A stretch of DNA of 64,000 nt from Mobula hypostoma (lineage: Eukaryota). A model generated the notes under the pieces. The model saw nothing but the letters and a program-made list of their open reading frames with translations, searched no databases and was not told the DNA's origin. Shown here one piece after another: positions 61,066 through 64,000 of the stretch. The position numbers were made by a program, and so were the translations under genes. The DNA lies in contig NC_086118.1 in assembly GCF_963921235.1 (NCBI RefSeq), positions 13,704,001 to 13,768,000 of the forward strand, written 5' to 3'. The number at the start of each line of letters is the position of its first letter. Position 1 is the first letter of the stretch.

Positions 61066-61524
61066 ACCCCGTATTCTGAAACTGTGACCCCTAGTTCTAG
61101 AATCCCAAGCCAAGGCAGTGTTTAGTATGTTAAGCCCTGTCTCCTCTCATCTTTTTAAACCTCTAATAAGCACAAGCCTAGTTGGTGCAACCTGTCCTCA
61201 TGCTACAGTCCCACCAACCCAGGTCTCAGTCTGGTGAGCTTCTACTTCGCCCTCTCATTAATAAATATATCATTTAACAAAGGAAGCCAAAACTGAAGGC
61301 AATTTATAAAACTAAAGGATCTCCTTCCTGTTCCTACCGATGTACTTTACCCTCCCAAATGAAGCAACATCTAGATGGAAATAACAAGCAGAAGTCAACA
61401 TGAGCGGAAAACAGGACACATGTGACAAAAGCCAAATAAATGGCAGAGAAGCATAGTCAGGAATAGATTCTAAAGAGCTGTTTCCTAAGGTTCAAGAAAC
61501 CTAATAAATGCAAAAATGTAGATT

Positions 61525-62840
61525 TCAAAGTTCAAAGTACATTTATTGTCAACGTACAGACACAATGTACAACCTTGAAATTCATCTTCTCCCAGGCAGC
61601 CTCAAAAACAAAGAAACCCTATAAAACCCTTTAAAAGACTGTCAAAAAATCAATCTGCAACATAAAAGAACAAATTGTACAAACAATAAAAAGTAAACAA
61701 ATACCACTCAAAGTTCAAAGTAAAATATTATCAATGTGCACATGCAGTATATCGCCATATATAACCCTGAGATTCATTTTCCTGTGGGCATACTCAATAA
61801 ATCCATAATAGAATAATAACTATAACAGAGTCAATGAAAGACCACATCAACTTGGGTGTTCAACCAGTCTGCAGAAGACAACAAACCGAGCAAATACAAA
61901 AAGAAAGAACTAATAATAATAAATAAATAAGCAATAAATATCAAGAAAATGAGATCAAAAATCCTTGCAAGTGAGTCCATAGGCTGTGGGAAGTTATCCC
62001 CTTTGGTTCAGGGATGAGGGATGAGGGGTAATGACTGGTCCTGAACCTGGTGGCACAAGTCCTGAGGTCTCTGTACCTTCTTACTCATACCAGCAATGAG
62101 AAGAGAGCATGTCCTGGATGATGGGGGTCGCTGATGATGGAAGCAGATTTCCTGTATCAGTGTTTTATGCAGATGTGCTCAATGCTGGGGAGGGCTTTAC
62201 CCATGATAGACTAGGCCATATCCACTACTTGTTATAGGATTTTCCGTTCAAGGGCATTGGTGTTTCCATACCAGGCAGTGATGCAGCCAGTCAATATGAT
62301 CTCCACTACACATCCATAGAAGTTTGTCAAAGTTTTAGATGGCATGCCGATGTGATGTATGAAGTAAAGTTCACAAAAGTGACTGATAACCACAAAGCCA
62401 GTTCATCACTGCCACCTGTCCTGGAGCCTATTAGTTGCAGGCCAGAGCCTCAGTTCAGCTCAGAGACGAGTAAACCTCATGGAGCAGCAAACTGAATACA
62501 GGACTGTCCCTTGACTAAAGCCTGGAAACCCTGACCTTTTCTCTCCGGCCCTGCACTTAAATCAGCAAAACCTCAGCTCATACCTTGCTCTAGGACCTGG
62601 GCCCTGCAGCTTCAATTCAGCCCCAAGTCTGCTCAAGCAATAGCCAAACATTGGCTCATTCCTCAGTCTTGGGCCCAGGCTCTGCTGCCTCTACCTGATC
62701 CACCTCCTTGATTCAGCCTGTGGTCGCCAAGCCACCACACTTCACTTTCAAGATTCCAGTTCACAGAATCCCTGAAACAAGGCAAAAATGCTGGGCCGTA
62801 CAGACAATTCAAAAGTACAGCTCCAAACGGGATGATATAG
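61525..62840 (-). mobile_element. Non-coding LINE-derived element with nested Rex1 3' portion (61710-62350)
   Basis: Two (TTCAAAG)n tails at 61525 and 61710; the inner piece is homologous to 12160-12830. Confidence 0.7.
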
Positions 62841-63657
62841 GCTATTGATTGCAGTGATCATTGTCCAGAAAAAGTGAGATAAATAGAATAGTTAATAGAT
62901 TCAGTTGCTGCAAATAAAGCATCACTGTGTTGCTGTCCCGGAGGTTAAAAATGAGGACTGTGTCATGCAGTTTAGCCTTTGGGGATGAGGCAAATTGATC
63001 AGGAATAAATGCAAGTTGCAATTTGCAAGCTGGTCCCAAAGAGCAGGGATATAGCTGAAAAATATCTGTTAAAATTGTCAAAGCATTAGATTTGAACAGA
63101 TGATGAATCAGTTAAGTGGCATGGATGGTTTGCAGAATATAAGCTTTAATTAAATCTGAAACTGCTTTGATCAAGAAAGAAATATGCATCAGGTTATTTT
63201 ACCTCATGATAAACAACAGTCTATCTCATTAGCTCGTCACGTACACTGCTTGAAGCACTGCAGATTTCCTCCAGAAGGCTGGCCCTGGCTTGATCAAGGA
63301 GACTGAGCATTATTAGTATGCTTTACAGTAGTAAACACTAGCCCCTGCTCATCTCACTAGCTCTCATTCACTCTCTGTGCTATTGGAAGCATGTCTGTAT
63401 TCCAAGCTATCAGCAAAAGAACTTCATAACTATTAAAAGCTTACAAAGTCAGGCAGCATTCTTTAATTTCCCATTGTTTTAGTCCAGAGGGAACTTATCC
63501 ACATGATACAATCTTTAGAGTGGTGACAGTGTTAAAGCAAACACTGTTGTACACATATCAATATTACCTGTGACAAAAGGATGAAAGATAAAAGTAAAAG
63601 CCATGCAAAGAACTGTCCAGTGGACATGTGCTTTATTCACCTTAAAGTCCTCCCAGT

Positions 63658-64000
63658 CATAGAAACATAGAAAATAGGTGCAGGAGTAGGCCCTTCGGCC
63701 CTTCGAGCCTGCACCGCCATTTATTATGATCATGGCTGATCATCCAACTCAGAACCCTGCACCAGCCTTCCCTCCATACCCCCTGATCCCCATAGCCACA
63801 AGGGCCATATCTAACTCCCTCTTAAATATAGCCAATGAACTGGCCTCAACTGTTTCCTGTGGCAGAGAATTCCACAGATTCACCACTCTCTGTGTGAAGA
63901 AGTTTTTCCTCATCTCGGTCCTAAAAGGCTTCCCCTCTATCCTCAAACTGTGACCCCTCGTTCTGGACTTCCTCAACATCGGGAACAATCTTCCTGCATC
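63658..64000 (-). mobile_element. Young CR1 3' end, runs off the window
   Basis: Near-identical to 33830-34165. Confidence 0.95.

Overview
Vertebrate genomic DNA made up mostly of transposable elements. The repeat mix (abundant CR1 LINEs with short tandem tails, Rex1/Babar LINEs, HE1-like V-SINEs, a Deu-domain SINE, Penelope-like elements) points to a cartilaginous fish, probably a ray; that is inference, not a database result. I could not identify any host protein-coding exon, so the window is intronic or intergenic. The long ORFs are retroelement RT/endonuclease fragments or antisense shadows of them. The most striking structure is a 2.9-kb fold-back Penelope-like insertion (38903-41819). 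It has ~1.15-kb near-identical inverted arms, an 11-bp target-site duplication (TSD), a one-sided 33-nt tail and an intact minimal hammerhead ribozyme near each outer end. A 190-bp hairpin with the same architecture (1582-1771) looks like its collapsed derivative. Also present: an ERV-like integrase plus env-like remnant, two oppositely oriented solo LTRs of one family 40 kb apart, an L1 with a perfect 14-bp TSD and a large internal deletion, deep LINE nests, two CR1 copies sharing frame-breaking mutations, a Tc1 element and Tc1-derived MITEs, a 67-bp hAT MITE, and a candidate CTCF site. Boundaries of old repeats are estimated by eye (about +/-20-50 bp).
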